From contig CAWGZR010000005.1 in NCBI GenBank assembly GCA_963827165.1, positions 352,001-416,000 of the forward strand: a stretch of 64,000 nt of DNA, given 5' to 3'. The stretch is from Candidatus Bathyarchaeota archaeon. GTDB taxonomy: Archaea > Thermoproteota > Bathyarchaeia > Bathyarchaeales > Bathycorpusculaceae. Below, in pieces: positions 19,607 through 29,612 of this stretch (positions within the stretch are counted from its first letter, which is position 1; the number at the start of each line of letters is the position of its first letter). The notes beneath the pieces were generated by a model, which worked only from the letters and a program-made list of their open reading frames with translations, was not told where the DNA came from and did not search any database. A program made the translations under genes and the position numbers.

Positions 19607-19822
19607 TTATGCTTGCTGCTGTTTGCGTGTTTCTTTTTGTTCCCGCAGAATTTGAGAGGCAATAGTCATCAAGAAAATCATTGTAAACACGATTGCTACA
19701 ACGCCCACCTTATACATGATAGCCATGTTAATGTATAGAACCGCGAAGACAGAAACAAGCATCAGAGCTAAGATGAAGGCTTCCGTGACGGTGCCGAATA
19801 CTTTAGAAGTACCAAAACTCAT
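19607..19822 (-). CDS. Small two-TM hypothetical protein
   Basis: MSFGTSK... with two hydrophobic helices and a charged tail. Confidence 0.6.
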   Translation of the reverse strand: MSFGTSKVFGTVTEAFILALMLVSVFAVLYINMAIMYKVGVVAIVFTMIFLMTIASQILREQKETRKQQQA

Positions 19823-20120
19823 GATTCTACACCAACTTTTTCCAAGGTCCATGCACAAGCGTACAATATTAATTTTCTGCCTAAGTCCCCAATAATCTGA
19901 CCCTTGACTCGAACACCAGCGCGTGCCGATGCAGGAGTACTACTCGTTGCCGGAATTCTTTATAAACGGCTGAATAAAGCAGGAAGTTCTGAAGTTAAAA
20001 CTGACCAGATTAAATATCAATAAAATAAAGCCTAAGCCAAGTTTCCCATCCGAACATGCTTGAACCGACAAAACATTAATCTTTAATCCGCGTATCCTTC
20101 AGACGTGAGGAAACATCAAC

Positions 20121-21455
20121 TTGCCAATCTTACCTATCGATACTGGCCGCTACGGCACGCCAGAAATGCTCAGAATCTTCCAGGAAGAAACCCGTGTCCA
20201 GAAGTTACTTGACGTTGAGGCTGCACTGGCTTTAGCACATGCCGAAGTTGGCAACATCCCAAAAAAAGACGCCGAAAAAATCGCGTCAATGGCTTCCACA
20301 AAATACGTCAGAATTGAACGGGTAAAGGCTATTGAAAAAGAAATAAAGCATGATATCGCCTCGTTGGTACGGGCGCTGGCAGAGGTTTGTGGATCAAGCG
20401 GCGCATACGTGCATCTGGGAGCTACAAGCTACGACATTGTGGATACGGCTAACGCGTTACAACTAAAAGATGCAATAGACCTCATCGAAAGAAAGCTCGA
20501 AGATTTCAGAACCGTACTTCAATCACAGGCGGGCGAATATAAAGTAACAGTGATGATTGGCAGAACCCACGGGCAGCACGCCTTACCGATTACGCTCGGG
20601 TTTAAGTTTGCGGTTTGGGGCTACGAAGTCAATAGACACCTTGAACGGTTACTCGAATGCAAAAAAAGGGTTTTAGTCGGAAAAATAAGCGGCGCAGTAG
20701 GCACCCAAGCGGGTTTAGGCGAATATGCCGAGCAGATTCAGGAACTCGTCATGAGACGTCTGGGTCTTCGTCCGGCTGAGATTTCAACCCAAATTGTCCA
20801 AAGAGACCGCTACGCCGAACTGATTTGTATTTACGGGATGGTTGCTTCTTCGCTCGAGAATTTTGCTACTGAAATCCGCGAATTGCAGAGACCCGAAATC
20901 GGCGAACTTGCAGAGACGTTTGAAGCCAACAAACAGGTCGGCAGCTCAACCATGCCGCACAAACAAAATCCAGAAACATGCGAACGAATCTGCGGCTTAT
21001 CGCGGATCGTACGAAGCCTCACTACACCATCGTTGGAAGACATGGTAACTTGGCATGAGCGTGACCTAACCCAATCCTCGGCTGAACGTTTCATCTTTCC
21101 AGAATCAAACATTCTACTCGACTACATGCTCAGCTTAATGTGTAATGTCATTGCGAATTTGCGAGTTGACCAGCAAAGAATGCTGCAGAATCTTAGCCTT
21201 ACACAGGGACGAGCGATGTCGGAAGCCGTAATGATGGCGTTGGCAAGAAAAAGCGTGGACAGACAAGAAGCCCATGAGTTACTACGTAAACTAACGATTC
21301 AAAGCGTAGCTGAGAAAAGAGATTTCAAGCGGGTTCTACTGCAGGATAAATTCATTTGCGGTAAACTCTCAGAAGCAGAAATCGACGCGGCTCTGAACCC
21401 CAAGAACTATCTTGGTACGGCAGTTAAGCAGGCAGAGAAATTCGCGAAAAGCTAA
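20121..21455 (+). CDS. purB: Adenylosuccinate lyase
   Basis: HLGATSYD, GRTHGQHA, GAVGT and GSSTMPHKQNP. Confidence 0.95.
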   Translation: MPILPIDTGRYGTPEMLRIFQEETRVQKLLDVEAALALAHAEVGNIPKKDAEKIASMASTKYVRIERVKAIEKEIKHDIASLVRALAEVCGSSGAYVHLGATSYDIVDTANALQLKDAIDLIERKLEDFRTVLQSQAGEYKVTVMIGRTHGQHALPITLGFKFAVWGYEVNRHLERLLECKKRVLVGKISGAVGTQAGLGEYAEQIQELVMRRLGLRPAEISTQIVQRDRYAELICIYGMVASSLENFATEIRELQRPEIGELAETFEANKQVGSSTMPHKQNPETCERICGLSRIVRSLTTPSLEDMVTWHERDLTQSSAERFIFPESNILLDYMLSLMCNVIANLRVDQQRMLQNLSLTQGRAMSEAVMMALARKSVDRQEAHELLRKLTIQSVAEKRDFKRVLLQDKFICGKLSEAEIDAALNPKNYLGTAVKQAEKFAKS

Positions 21456-21457
21456 GT

Positions 21458-23707
21458 CTAAAAGTCGCCAAGCGCTTTCTGCTTAAACTCCTGAGCGTTC
21501 CCCAGACTTTCCCATTCGTCTTTTTTCACGTAGCCACCGACTTGCTCCTTAACTTTTTTGGCCAGCTTGGGACCCATAAGCGGGAGATTGCTTAATTCCT
21601 CGATAGGGGCACGTTTTACGTCGTCGATGGTTTGATAGCCAGCATCGAACATAATGCGCCCACGAACCCTGCCGATGCCTTCGATCTGAACAAGGGGCAA
21701 AAGTTCTTTCTTAATGCCTTTAGAAACCCGCTCAACCAGTTCACTTGTTAAGGGACGCAACTCTTTGCAGCCGAACAGCCTCGCCAACTCATCAGTCGCA
21801 TGAAGAAGCCATTTCGCATTCTCAATCGTTCTGTAAAGGTCCCCTGGCTGCACGTTAAATTGCCGAATCAGATTTTCCTCGCTAATCTCTTCAATCCAAC
21901 TCTTCATAACTAAAGCCGTTTTAATTTCGCCTAAGAATTCTTCGAAAGCGAAATGGTCGTCCCATTGATTAGGTACATCCGTGAAAAGTTCGTCGCGATG
22001 CTTCTCAAGCTCGAGCGCCAGCGGGTCAATTTCCCGTGCGTAAGGACGCATGACAGGTCCCATGTCAGGCATGTGGGAAATCAAGTGTAGCAGGCTGAAA
22101 TCTGTTGCTTCTTTGGGTTTTTTGTGAAGTGCTTCACGAATGACTACGCCTGAGACAGGGTCAATGTAGAGTTCGCTTACTCGTTTGCCGAACATTGTGG
22201 CGTAGATTTCGTCTCCGTTTACACCGATCATTTCCACTTCGTAGAGGTACTTGAGGATTTTTCCGATGATGCTTTTGATGGATTTTACGTCGTACTGATA
22301 AGCATAGAAGGTTTTGCCGAAAAACTCGTAAATCCCGTTCTCCGAATGAGCAAAATCAGACGCGACGGTCGACAGCACGTGTCCCCTCATGATTTTTTCA
22401 ACCGCCAACCGACTCCAAATCCGCTCAGTTTTAGCCAGAACGTAGCCTTCCATTAGGTAGTCTGCTTCATCCGAGGTTTTGGCGATAAGGACCGATTCGC
22501 CTACCTTGTCATATTTAGGTCTCCCAGCCCTGCCCGCCATCTGCTTGTACTCCAAAACACTAATGGGATAGTTGCCGTAACCTGCCTCAAAACGCCGATA
22601 ATCCTGAATGATAACGGTACGTGCGGGAAGGTTAACGCCGAAAGCCAAAGTCGGCGTTGCTGTCAGAACTTTGATTTTTCCTTCCTTAAACGAATTCTCA
22701 ACTATCTTACGATGAGCCCCTGCCAAGCCGGCATGGTGAAAAGCGGTTCCGCATCGAACAAGCTCAGCTAAGGTGTCGCTGATTTGGGTCCGCTCACCCG
22801 TCGAGAGGATTTTTTCGGCTTCATGCTCCAGCGACCGCTTCAGGGGTTTAGATAAAACATCGCCCGTGTGCTGAGCAATGGTTTTGGCGGCTGAAACCGC
22901 GTTTTTACGTGTTGAAGCAAAAACCAAAGCTTGGCCACCAGTCTTCAATGTGTTTAAGACGAGATTTACGGTGGGGACATGGGTTTTGCGCTCGACTTTT
23001 TTTGCGTCGCCGTCTTTGAATTGGATTTCATCGTGTAGGAGCACTCCCTCTTTTAGGCTGACGGGGCGCCATTCCGTGACAATGTACTTGGCGCTTAGCC
23101 AACCGGCTATTTCGTCAACGTTGTTTATGGTGGCGCTAAGCGCTAGAATTTGAATATCAGGGTTAACTTGCAGCAGCCTTGCTAAAACGATTTCAAGTGT
23201 TGGACCGCGCCCTGCATCGTTAAGGAGGTGAACTTCGTCGGCTACGACAAGTGAGATTTCATTCATCCATTTGGTCCGGTGCCTTAAAAGTGAATCTGCC
23301 TTCTCGTTTGTGGTGACGATTATGTCGTAGCGTTCGAGCCAGTTGTCGGTGGTGTCGAAATCGCCTGTGCTTATGCCGACCGATACTTTTTTGCCGTTGG
23401 CCTTTTTTATTGATGAGTACTTTCCGAATTCTTCGAATTTTTCGCTTGCCAGGGCCCTTAGCGGCGAGAGATAAATTACTTTGCCGTTCTTTTCCAGCAC
23501 ATGTTTGAGCGCGCAGAGTTCAGCAATTAAAGTTTTGCCCGAAGCGGTGGGGCTGGCTAAAACGATGTTTTGGCCGTCAAGTACTCCTGCCCGTATGGTA
23601 TCTTCCTGAGGCGGGAAAAGCTCAGCGATGCCCATGTTCTGCAGAATTTCTTTCACTTCTTCCGGAACCGACAACTCGGCAATCTTCAACTTGAACTCGC
23701 CATTCAA
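21458..23707 (-). CDS. hel308: Ski2-like helicase Hel308/Hjm
   Basis: PTASGKT, DEVH, LSAT, FHHAGL, TPTLAFGVNLPA, QMAGRAGRP and C-terminal HhH. Confidence 0.93.
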   Translation of the reverse strand: MNGEFKLKIAELSVPEEVKEILQNMGIAELFPPQEDTIRAGVLDGQNIVLASPTASGKTLIAELCALKHVLEKNGKVIYLSPLRALASEKFEEFGKYSSIKKANGKKVSVGISTGDFDTTDNWLERYDIIVTTNEKADSLLRHRTKWMNEISLVVADEVHLLNDAGRGPTLEIVLARLLQVNPDIQILALSATINNVDEIAGWLSAKYIVTEWRPVSLKEGVLLHDEIQFKDGDAKKVERKTHVPTVNLVLNTLKTGGQALVFASTRKNAVSAAKTIAQHTGDVLSKPLKRSLEHEAEKILSTGERTQISDTLAELVRCGTAFHHAGLAGAHRKIVENSFKEGKIKVLTATPTLAFGVNLPARTVIIQDYRRFEAGYGNYPISVLEYKQMAGRAGRPKYDKVGESVLIAKTSDEADYLMEGYVLAKTERIWSRLAVEKIMRGHVLSTVASDFAHSENGIYEFFGKTFYAYQYDVKSIKSIIGKILKYLYEVEMIGVNGDEIYATMFGKRVSELYIDPVSGVVIREALHKKPKEATDFSLLHLISHMPDMGPVMRPYAREIDPLALELEKHRDELFTDVPNQWDDHFAFEEFLGEIKTALVMKSWIEEISEENLIRQFNVQPGDLYRTIENAKWLLHATDELARLFGCKELRPLTSELVERVSKGIKKELLPLVQIEGIGRVRGRIMFDAGYQTIDDVKRAPIEELSNLPLMGPKLAKKVKEQVGGYVKKDEWESLGNAQEFKQKALGDF

Positions 23708-23839
23708 ACTGTTTATTGAATACGCTAGTTTAATAGTGTTAGCTGGACACCTGATATTTTTTCAGCTACATTTTTCTATTTGAACTAGATACTAGCAAGT
23801 GACGAGTTATCTAATCCCTTTAGACAGGTAGGAAACTGT

Positions 23840-25063
23840 ATGGTTGAAAACGTTAAGGAACTTCTCAAACTTCATGAAGGCATAACACACGAAGTCTACT
23901 TAGACAACGAGAACTCAAGTATTGTACCCCAAGAAATCGTAGATGAGATGCTGCCTTATTTTAACAAGAAAGCCTACGGCAACCCGACACTTACCCACAA
24001 GCCAGGCTGGGAAGCCTTTGAAGCCATAATGAACTGCTTCCAGAAAGTCAGCAAAACCGTGGGCGCAAAAAACCTCGAAGAAATCACCTTCACACCAGGA
24101 GAAACAGAAGCCAACAACCTAGCTATCATGGGCACGTGCTTCGCACAAAAAGCCAAAGGCAAAAAAATCATCATATCCGAAATCGAACCCATCAACGTGC
24201 TGCAGGTTGCTGAGATGATGCAGAAATTCGGTTTCAGCACAACCAAAGTCCACGTCAACCACGAAGGCTTCATTAACCTTGAAGAACTCAAAGAAGCAGT
24301 CGACAACGAAACCATACTTGTCAGCATTTCGGCTGTGAATAACGAAATTGGAACAGTCCAGCCCATTAAGGAAGCCGTTGACATAGTCAAAGCCAAAAAT
24401 CCCCACACACTCTTTCATACTGACGCCTCGGACGCTTATGGCAGGATACCCTTTGATGTGCAGCATCTCAATGTGGACATGGCTACAGTTAGCAGCTACA
24501 AGATTCAGGGTCCAAGAGGCATGGGCGCAATGTACCTTCGAGAAGGCATAAACATGGAACGTATACTTGAGGGGCAAATTGGAACACAGAAGCTTTGGCC
24601 AGGCGTAGAAAACACCCCCTTAATCGTAGGCTTCACAAAGGCTGCGGAGCTGGCATTCGAAAACTTTGAAGCAACAACAACAAAAATGCGGATGCTACGT
24701 GATAAGCTGGTTGATGGCATATTCGCCGAGCTTAATGACCTGCGCTTTAATGGTCCAAAAGGAGACAAACGCTCTCCCGACAACGCCAACGTAAGCATTC
24801 TGCGGGCTGAAGGCGAAGCATTAACCATCGAACTCAGCCTCAAAGGGGTCTACGTTTCAAGCGGCAGCGCATGCAGCCGAAGACTTCTCCAGCCAAGTCA
24901 CGTTCTAATCGCCATCGGTCGAATATTTGAGGAAGCACACGGTAGCATCCTTATGAAAGTGACGCGCAGCCATACAGAAGAGGATATAGCTTACGTTTTA
25001 GAAGTCTTACCAACAGCGGTTAATCGTATTAGAGGGATAGTTGGCTCAACAGGAGTGCATTAG
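23840..25063 (+). CDS. IscS/NifS-family protein with degenerate PLP/substrate site
   Basis: Group I desulfurase fold (VNNEIG, SSYK, SSGSACS), with EIEP for EH, DASD for DAxQ, WPGV for RSGT and SILM for SIRF. Confidence 0.85.
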   Translation: MVENVKELLKLHEGITHEVYLDNENSSIVPQEIVDEMLPYFNKKAYGNPTLTHKPGWEAFEAIMNCFQKVSKTVGAKNLEEITFTPGETEANNLAIMGTCFAQKAKGKKIIISEIEPINVLQVAEMMQKFGFSTTKVHVNHEGFINLEELKEAVDNETILVSISAVNNEIGTVQPIKEAVDIVKAKNPHTLFHTDASDAYGRIPFDVQHLNVDMATVSSYKIQGPRGMGAMYLREGINMERILEGQIGTQKLWPGVENTPLIVGFTKAAELAFENFEATTTKMRMLRDKLVDGIFAELNDLRFNGPKGDKRSPDNANVSILRAEGEALTIELSLKGVYVSSGSACSRRLLQPSHVLIAIGRIFEEAHGSILMKVTRSHTEEDIAYVLEVLPTAVNRIRGIVGSTGVH

Positions 25064-25064
25064 T

Positions 25065-25586
25065 ATGTCACGTATACCATTACCTTACAACCCAAAAGTT
25101 ATGGATTTATTCAGAAACCCCAAGAACTTGGGAAAAATGGAAGACGCAACAGTTGTAGCTGTTGCAGGAAACCCAGCTTGCGGAGACATGATAACCTTCT
25201 ACCTAAAAATCGACGAAGCAAAGCAAGTTATTGAGAAAGCGCAGTTTGAGAGTTACGGCTGTGCAGCAAATATCGCTACCTCTAGCATTGTGACTGAAAT
25301 GGTAAAGTGTTTAACGTTGGAGAAGGCTTGGGAAGATATCACTTGGAAGAGGGTCACTGATGAAATCGGCGGCTTGCCCAGCGTCAAATTCCACTGCGGA
25401 GTCCTTGCAGTCGGCGCCTTGAAACGTGCTATAAGGCAATACTTCAAAGAAAAAGGCATTACAGCTCCAACTTGGTTGCCTGCAGACCACACTTTTGAAG
25501 AAAAACAGGCGCTTGAAGAAGAAGAACTTGCCAAAACACTATCTAAGAGGATGAAGGTAGAGGAAGAGAAAAAGGCAGAGAAGTGA
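25065..25586 (+). CDS. iscU: Fe-S cluster scaffold IscU/NifU-N
   Basis: NPKNLG, GNPACGD, YGCAA and KFHC (three Cys, Asp and His). Charged C-terminal extension. Confidence 0.92.
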   Translation: MSRIPLPYNPKVMDLFRNPKNLGKMEDATVVAVAGNPACGDMITFYLKIDEAKQVIEKAQFESYGCAANIATSSIVTEMVKCLTLEKAWEDITWKRVTDEIGGLPSVKFHCGVLAVGALKRAIRQYFKEKGITAPTWLPADHTFEEKQALEEEELAKTLSKRMKVEEEKKAEK

Positions 25587-26818
25587 ACGTGGATACACAA
25601 GCGATTCGACAGGATTTCCCGATACTGAAACGCAAGATCAACAATTATCCCCTAATTTATTTTGACAACGCCGCGACCACCCAGAAACCCCGCCAAGTAA
25701 TAGCGGCGGAAAGCGACTTTTACGAAAACCACAACGCCAACATACACCGCTCAGTCCACACGTTATCCTTGGAAGCCACGGACCTCTACGAAAAGTCACG
25801 TGAAACAATCACAAAATTCATAAATTCAAAAGAAGCCTCCGAGGTTGTTTTTGTGAGAGGCACAACAGAAGCCATCAATCTAGTCGCGTACTCATGGGGG
25901 TTAAGTAACCTTGGCGAAGGCGACGAGGTTCTGGTTTCCCTAATGGAGCATCATAGCAACATTGTGCCTTGGGAAATCACCGCTAAACTCAAGGGTTTCA
26001 TAATCAAATACGCAAACGTTAAGCCCGACGGTACCTTGGATTACGAAGATTTCGAGGCCAAATTCTGCAAAAAAACAAAAATCGCCTGTTTAAGCCACGT
26101 TTCAAACGTCACAGGCATAATTAACGATGTAAAACGCATAACGAAGGCTGCCCACGACAACGGCTCGTTAATGCTTGTTGACGGCGCACAGTCTGTGCCG
26201 CATTTGCGTCTTGACGTTCAGGATTTGGATGTTGATTTTCTGGCTTTTTCAGGGCACAAAATGCTGGGTCCCACGGGAATAGGCGTGTTTTACGGCAAGA
26301 AACACTTGCTTGAAGCAATGCCGCCTTTCCAAGGCGGGGGCGAAATGATCAAGGAAGTTGAGTTCAGCAATGGCGGCTGCAGCATAACTTTGAATGAGTT
26401 ACCGTGGAAGTTTGAAGCAGGCACCCCCAACATCTGCGGCGCCATTGGCTTAAGGGAAGCTGTGAAGTACCTTGAAGGCTTAGGCATGGATAACGTCCAG
26501 AGCCACGAGAGAGATCTAACAAAGTACGCGTTTGAACGTATGAGGGAATGCAAAAAAGTCACGATCCACGGCTCTTGCGACCTCACGAAGAGATGCGGCA
26601 TCATATCGTTTAGTGTTGAAGGCTTATCCTCACATGACGTGGCTCTTATCTACGACAACTACGGCATAATGATAAGAAGCGGCTACCACTGCGCGCAACC
26701 ACTGCATCAAGAGGTCCTCAAACTTCACTCGTCCGCAAGAGCGAGCTTTTACATTTACAACACACGCGAAGAAATCGACCGCTTCGTTGAGGTCCTGAAG
26801 GAGATTGAGGGGCTCTAA
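25583..26818 (+). CDS. sufS: Cysteine desulfurase, SufS (group II)
   Basis: DNAATTQKP, EHHSN, DGAQS, FSGHK, EAGTP, RSGYHCAQP and RASF. Confidence 0.93.
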   Translation: MNVDTQAIRQDFPILKRKINNYPLIYFDNAATTQKPRQVIAAESDFYENHNANIHRSVHTLSLEATDLYEKSRETITKFINSKEASEVVFVRGTTEAINLVAYSWGLSNLGEGDEVLVSLMEHHSNIVPWEITAKLKGFIIKYANVKPDGTLDYEDFEAKFCKKTKIACLSHVSNVTGIINDVKRITKAAHDNGSLMLVDGAQSVPHLRLDVQDLDVDFLAFSGHKMLGPTGIGVFYGKKHLLEAMPPFQGGGEMIKEVEFSNGGCSITLNELPWKFEAGTPNICGAIGLREAVKYLEGLGMDNVQSHERDLTKYAFERMRECKKVTIHGSCDLTKRCGIISFSVEGLSSHDVALIYDNYGIMIRSGYHCAQPLHQEVLKLHSSARASFYIYNTREEIDRFVEVLKEIEGL

Positions 26819-27087
26819 TGCCGGCTCTTGAAGACTACGTGGCGCGTGTGGAAGGAACATGCGGCGCGGAAAAAGATGTCATCGTTTTTTTCAAATACGA
26901 AAAAAAAGATGAAGCGATCGCCAATATTCTAAAAAAAGCCACCGTAAACAACAAGATCGCCGGGATAATTTTTGAGTTGACGTTCGAAGGCTTTTCCTTT
27001 CGGCTCTACACAAGCGGGAAAGCCATCTTCCGAGGAGTCAAAAACAGGGAAGAGCTAAATCGAGTTCTCGCGGCAATGTTGCTTTAA
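26818..27087 (+). CDS. Small hypothetical protein resembling the C-terminal domain of bacterial ThiF/MoeB proteins
   Basis: GTCG motif and FELTFEGFSFRLYTSGKAIFRGVKN. TAATG overlap with sufS. Confidence 0.65.
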   Translation: MPALEDYVARVEGTCGAEKDVIVFFKYEKKDEAIANILKKATVNNKIAGIIFELTFEGFSFRLYTSGKAIFRGVKNREELNRVLAAMLL

Positions 27088-28322
27088 GCTGTCTCGGTCG
27101 GATTCTTGAATTTGGCAAACACTTTGTTGTAGGCTTCAACTTCTGCGGCAGCGGCGTTTTCCCATGAATACTGAGAGGTGAAAGCGGTCGCTTTCTGAGA
27201 AAGCACCTGCCTAAGGTCCGAATTGTTAATGATTTCTGTTGCTTCAGCAGCCATTTGTTTGAAGTCCCCGACTGATATTTGTTTCACTATGTCGGCTGGA
27301 AAATTGGATTTTACCGCAGGGATGCCGTATGCAACTACTGGTGTGCCGCAAGCTAGCGTTTCCAATACAACCAAAGGGAACGCATCATGTCTGCTAGGGT
27401 ACACCAGTACCTTGGCAGCCTTCACGAGTCCATACAGTTCTTTTTGTCCAAGAAACCCCTTATACACCAAGCATTTATCAAGCTGATTTTTAGCAATCAT
27501 ATTTTCAAAATTTCGTTGGAATGAAGAGGCACCGAAACGGCCACCGACCAGAAATTTCAAGTCAGGCTTAACTTTCGCCATTTCTGCAACTATTGGGGGT
27601 AAATCGTAAATTCCCTTCTCGGGAGCGAGCCTTGAAAAGAAGAAAGCGTCTACCGTTTCATTTGCTGCTGCAACTTTCTGTATCTTTTCGTTATCCACGC
27701 CTACGCCTGGACGCAGAACATGCATGTTGATTTTCGTGCCAAGGTAACTTTGCGTTTCAAGCTCTATTGATGGGCTGACAGCCAACGGCAGAGTCGACCT
27801 CAATGCTTGAGCGACGAGAGCATATAGCCGAGAATAAAGGGCAAACATGTAAAATTTGCGTGCTCCTCCAACTGGTCGCCAAACGCTGGATACGTACGGT
27901 GGAAAAAGAGGAAGCTGAAAGACGCAGGTCCATGGAACATGAAGTTTTTTTGCCGCGAAAAATGCTTCAAGCAGGAAATCTGTTTTTTCATGGTGAGAAA
28001 CGATGAGTTCAACCTTTTCTTTCTGTGCTATCCTTGCGATTATGTTGGCGGTTTCAAATATTGAAAAGTAATCAAGAGCGGCTCGGCTGGCGCTACGAAA
28101 ATAACGGTCATAAATAACGTTTGGACGTTTAATGCTGTAGATTTTGTGGTGTTTAGAAAACGGGTTTTCTTCGCGTTTCATCTTTTCCAGAACGAATTCA
28201 TCTACGGCAACGACAGGGTCTGTGCCGTGCTGCTCAACTCGCTGGAGAACTTCAAAGCTTCTTCTGTCCCCGCCTGTTCCGCTCATCAGAGGATTCGCCA
28301 AATACAGCACTTTCATATTCAA
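27084..28322 (-). CDS. GT4 glycosyltransferase
   Basis: GGDRR, FFSRLAPEKG and YPSRHDAFPLVVLETLACGTPVV. Confidence 0.9.
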   Translation of the reverse strand: MNMKVLYLANPLMSGTGGDRRSFEVLQRVEQHGTDPVVAVDEFVLEKMKREENPFSKHHKIYSIKRPNVIYDRYFRSASRAALDYFSIFETANIIARIAQKEKVELIVSHHEKTDFLLEAFFAAKKLHVPWTCVFQLPLFPPYVSSVWRPVGGARKFYMFALYSRLYALVAQALRSTLPLAVSPSIELETQSYLGTKINMHVLRPGVGVDNEKIQKVAAANETVDAFFFSRLAPEKGIYDLPPIVAEMAKVKPDLKFLVGGRFGASSFQRNFENMIAKNQLDKCLVYKGFLGQKELYGLVKAAKVLVYPSRHDAFPLVVLETLACGTPVVAYGIPAVKSNFPADIVKQISVGDFKQMAAEATEIINNSDLRQVLSQKATAFTSQYSWENAAAAEVEAYNKVFAKFKNPTETA

Positions 28323-28367
28323 CCCTCAGATTTTTCGGCTTTTCGAGCCTGCAAGCCAACAGTTGCC

Positions 28368-29546
28368 TTAAACGGTTGGTGAGTCAGCATTAGCCCTACT
28401 GTTATGCTCTGGCAAGATATTACTTTCTGTCTGCATCAGCCAATGCACATGGGCCCATATTTTCTCTTGAAAAACTTTTGGTTGAAGAATCGAGATTTTA
28501 CCCCATAGCTCTTCACGTAGTTTGTCCCAAGTGTCGCCGTCAGACTGCGTGGGCTGGACCCACCGGGTAACTTTTTCCTTGAGTTCATCGTATGTTTGCC
28601 ATCGGAACTCATCTGGAATAAACTCGCCTGTTCCGCCGCTTTTATGAACTAAGGTTGCGCATCCGCTTGCTAGGGCTTCCATCGGTGTAATCCCGAAGTG
28701 TTCGCCTTCCATCAAGTGGCAGTAAACTCTTGATTGCTGGTAAAGTTTCACCAACTCGTCGTTTGGCACGTTTGGCTTAAGCGTGTAGTTTGTCGGAAGG
28801 TCTTTTGAGAATGATTCAAACCAGTGCTGCTCCGTTTCTCTTAAGCCGCCCACGCTAAGAAACTGAAGTTGGGGCAGGTCAACCGCCAGTTTTTTCATCA
28901 ACTCGTGCCGTTTCTGGGGGATAAAGCGCCCAACGTATATTACCTGTTTAACGCGGTCTTTTAAGGGGGTTTTGCTCCAGTAAGGGTCCAAGTTGACGGG
29001 TGGATAGGCGACGATGGGTTCGGGGATTCCATCTTTGCACCAATATTTTTCGATCATTCCTTTAGTGTAGTTACTGTTGCAGAAAATCATATCGAGTTTG
29101 CTGATGTCCTTATCAAGCCACTGCTGGTATGGCCAATAGTAAATTTTCCTTATTCGCCCCGAATTCATGTAGCGGTGATGTATTTCTGGAAAATGAACGT
29201 AGGCAACGTTCCATTTTTCCTCGTTGAAGAGCGCCGCTTCAAAAGCGGTCATGGTTTGAGTGGAAAACGCGCAGTCGTATTCTAAATCTTTAATTTTCTT
29301 TGTTAGTTTGATTATTCTACTGCGTCTTTTATAGACGGTGAATGGCGGCTTAACATCTACTCTTCTTCCGAGGCTGTGAACAACTGTGCCTTCTGGCAAT
29401 TTTTCACCCATTATTTGTGCGTAACGCACTGGGTCAAAGTCGAAAGTCAACAATTCGACGTGTTCGCCGTGTTCCAGCAAAGATTTTATGACGTGGTGGC
29501 AGACTCGCTCGCCTCCGCCGTAAATGTCCAAGTTCGGATGAATCAC
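28368..29546 (-). CDS. GT4 glycosyltransferase (ALG11-like); start may lie a few codons upstream
   Basis: HPNLDIYGGGERV, YVHFP, CNSNYT, GRFIPQK and EHFGITPMEALASG. Confidence 0.9.
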   Translation of the reverse strand: MIHPNLDIYGGGERVCHHVIKSLLEHGEHVELLTFDFDPVRYAQIMGEKLPEGTVVHSLGRRVDVKPPFTVYKRRSRIIKLTKKIKDLEYDCAFSTQTMTAFEAALFNEEKWNVAYVHFPEIHHRYMNSGRIRKIYYWPYQQWLDKDISKLDMIFCNSNYTKGMIEKYWCKDGIPEPIVAYPPVNLDPYWSKTPLKDRVKQVIYVGRFIPQKRHELMKKLAVDLPQLQFLSVGGLRETEQHWFESFSKDLPTNYTLKPNVPNDELVKLYQQSRVYCHLMEGEHFGITPMEALASGCATLVHKSGGTGEFIPDEFRWQTYDELKEKVTRWVQPTQSDGDTWDKLREELWGKISILQPKVFQEKIWAHVHWLMQTESNILPEHNSRANADSPTV

Positions 29547-29612
29547 CAGGAATTTTGCCAGTTGCGTGTCCCTCTCAGTCTACAAATCGGTTTTTGTCTA
29601 ATCAAGATTTCT

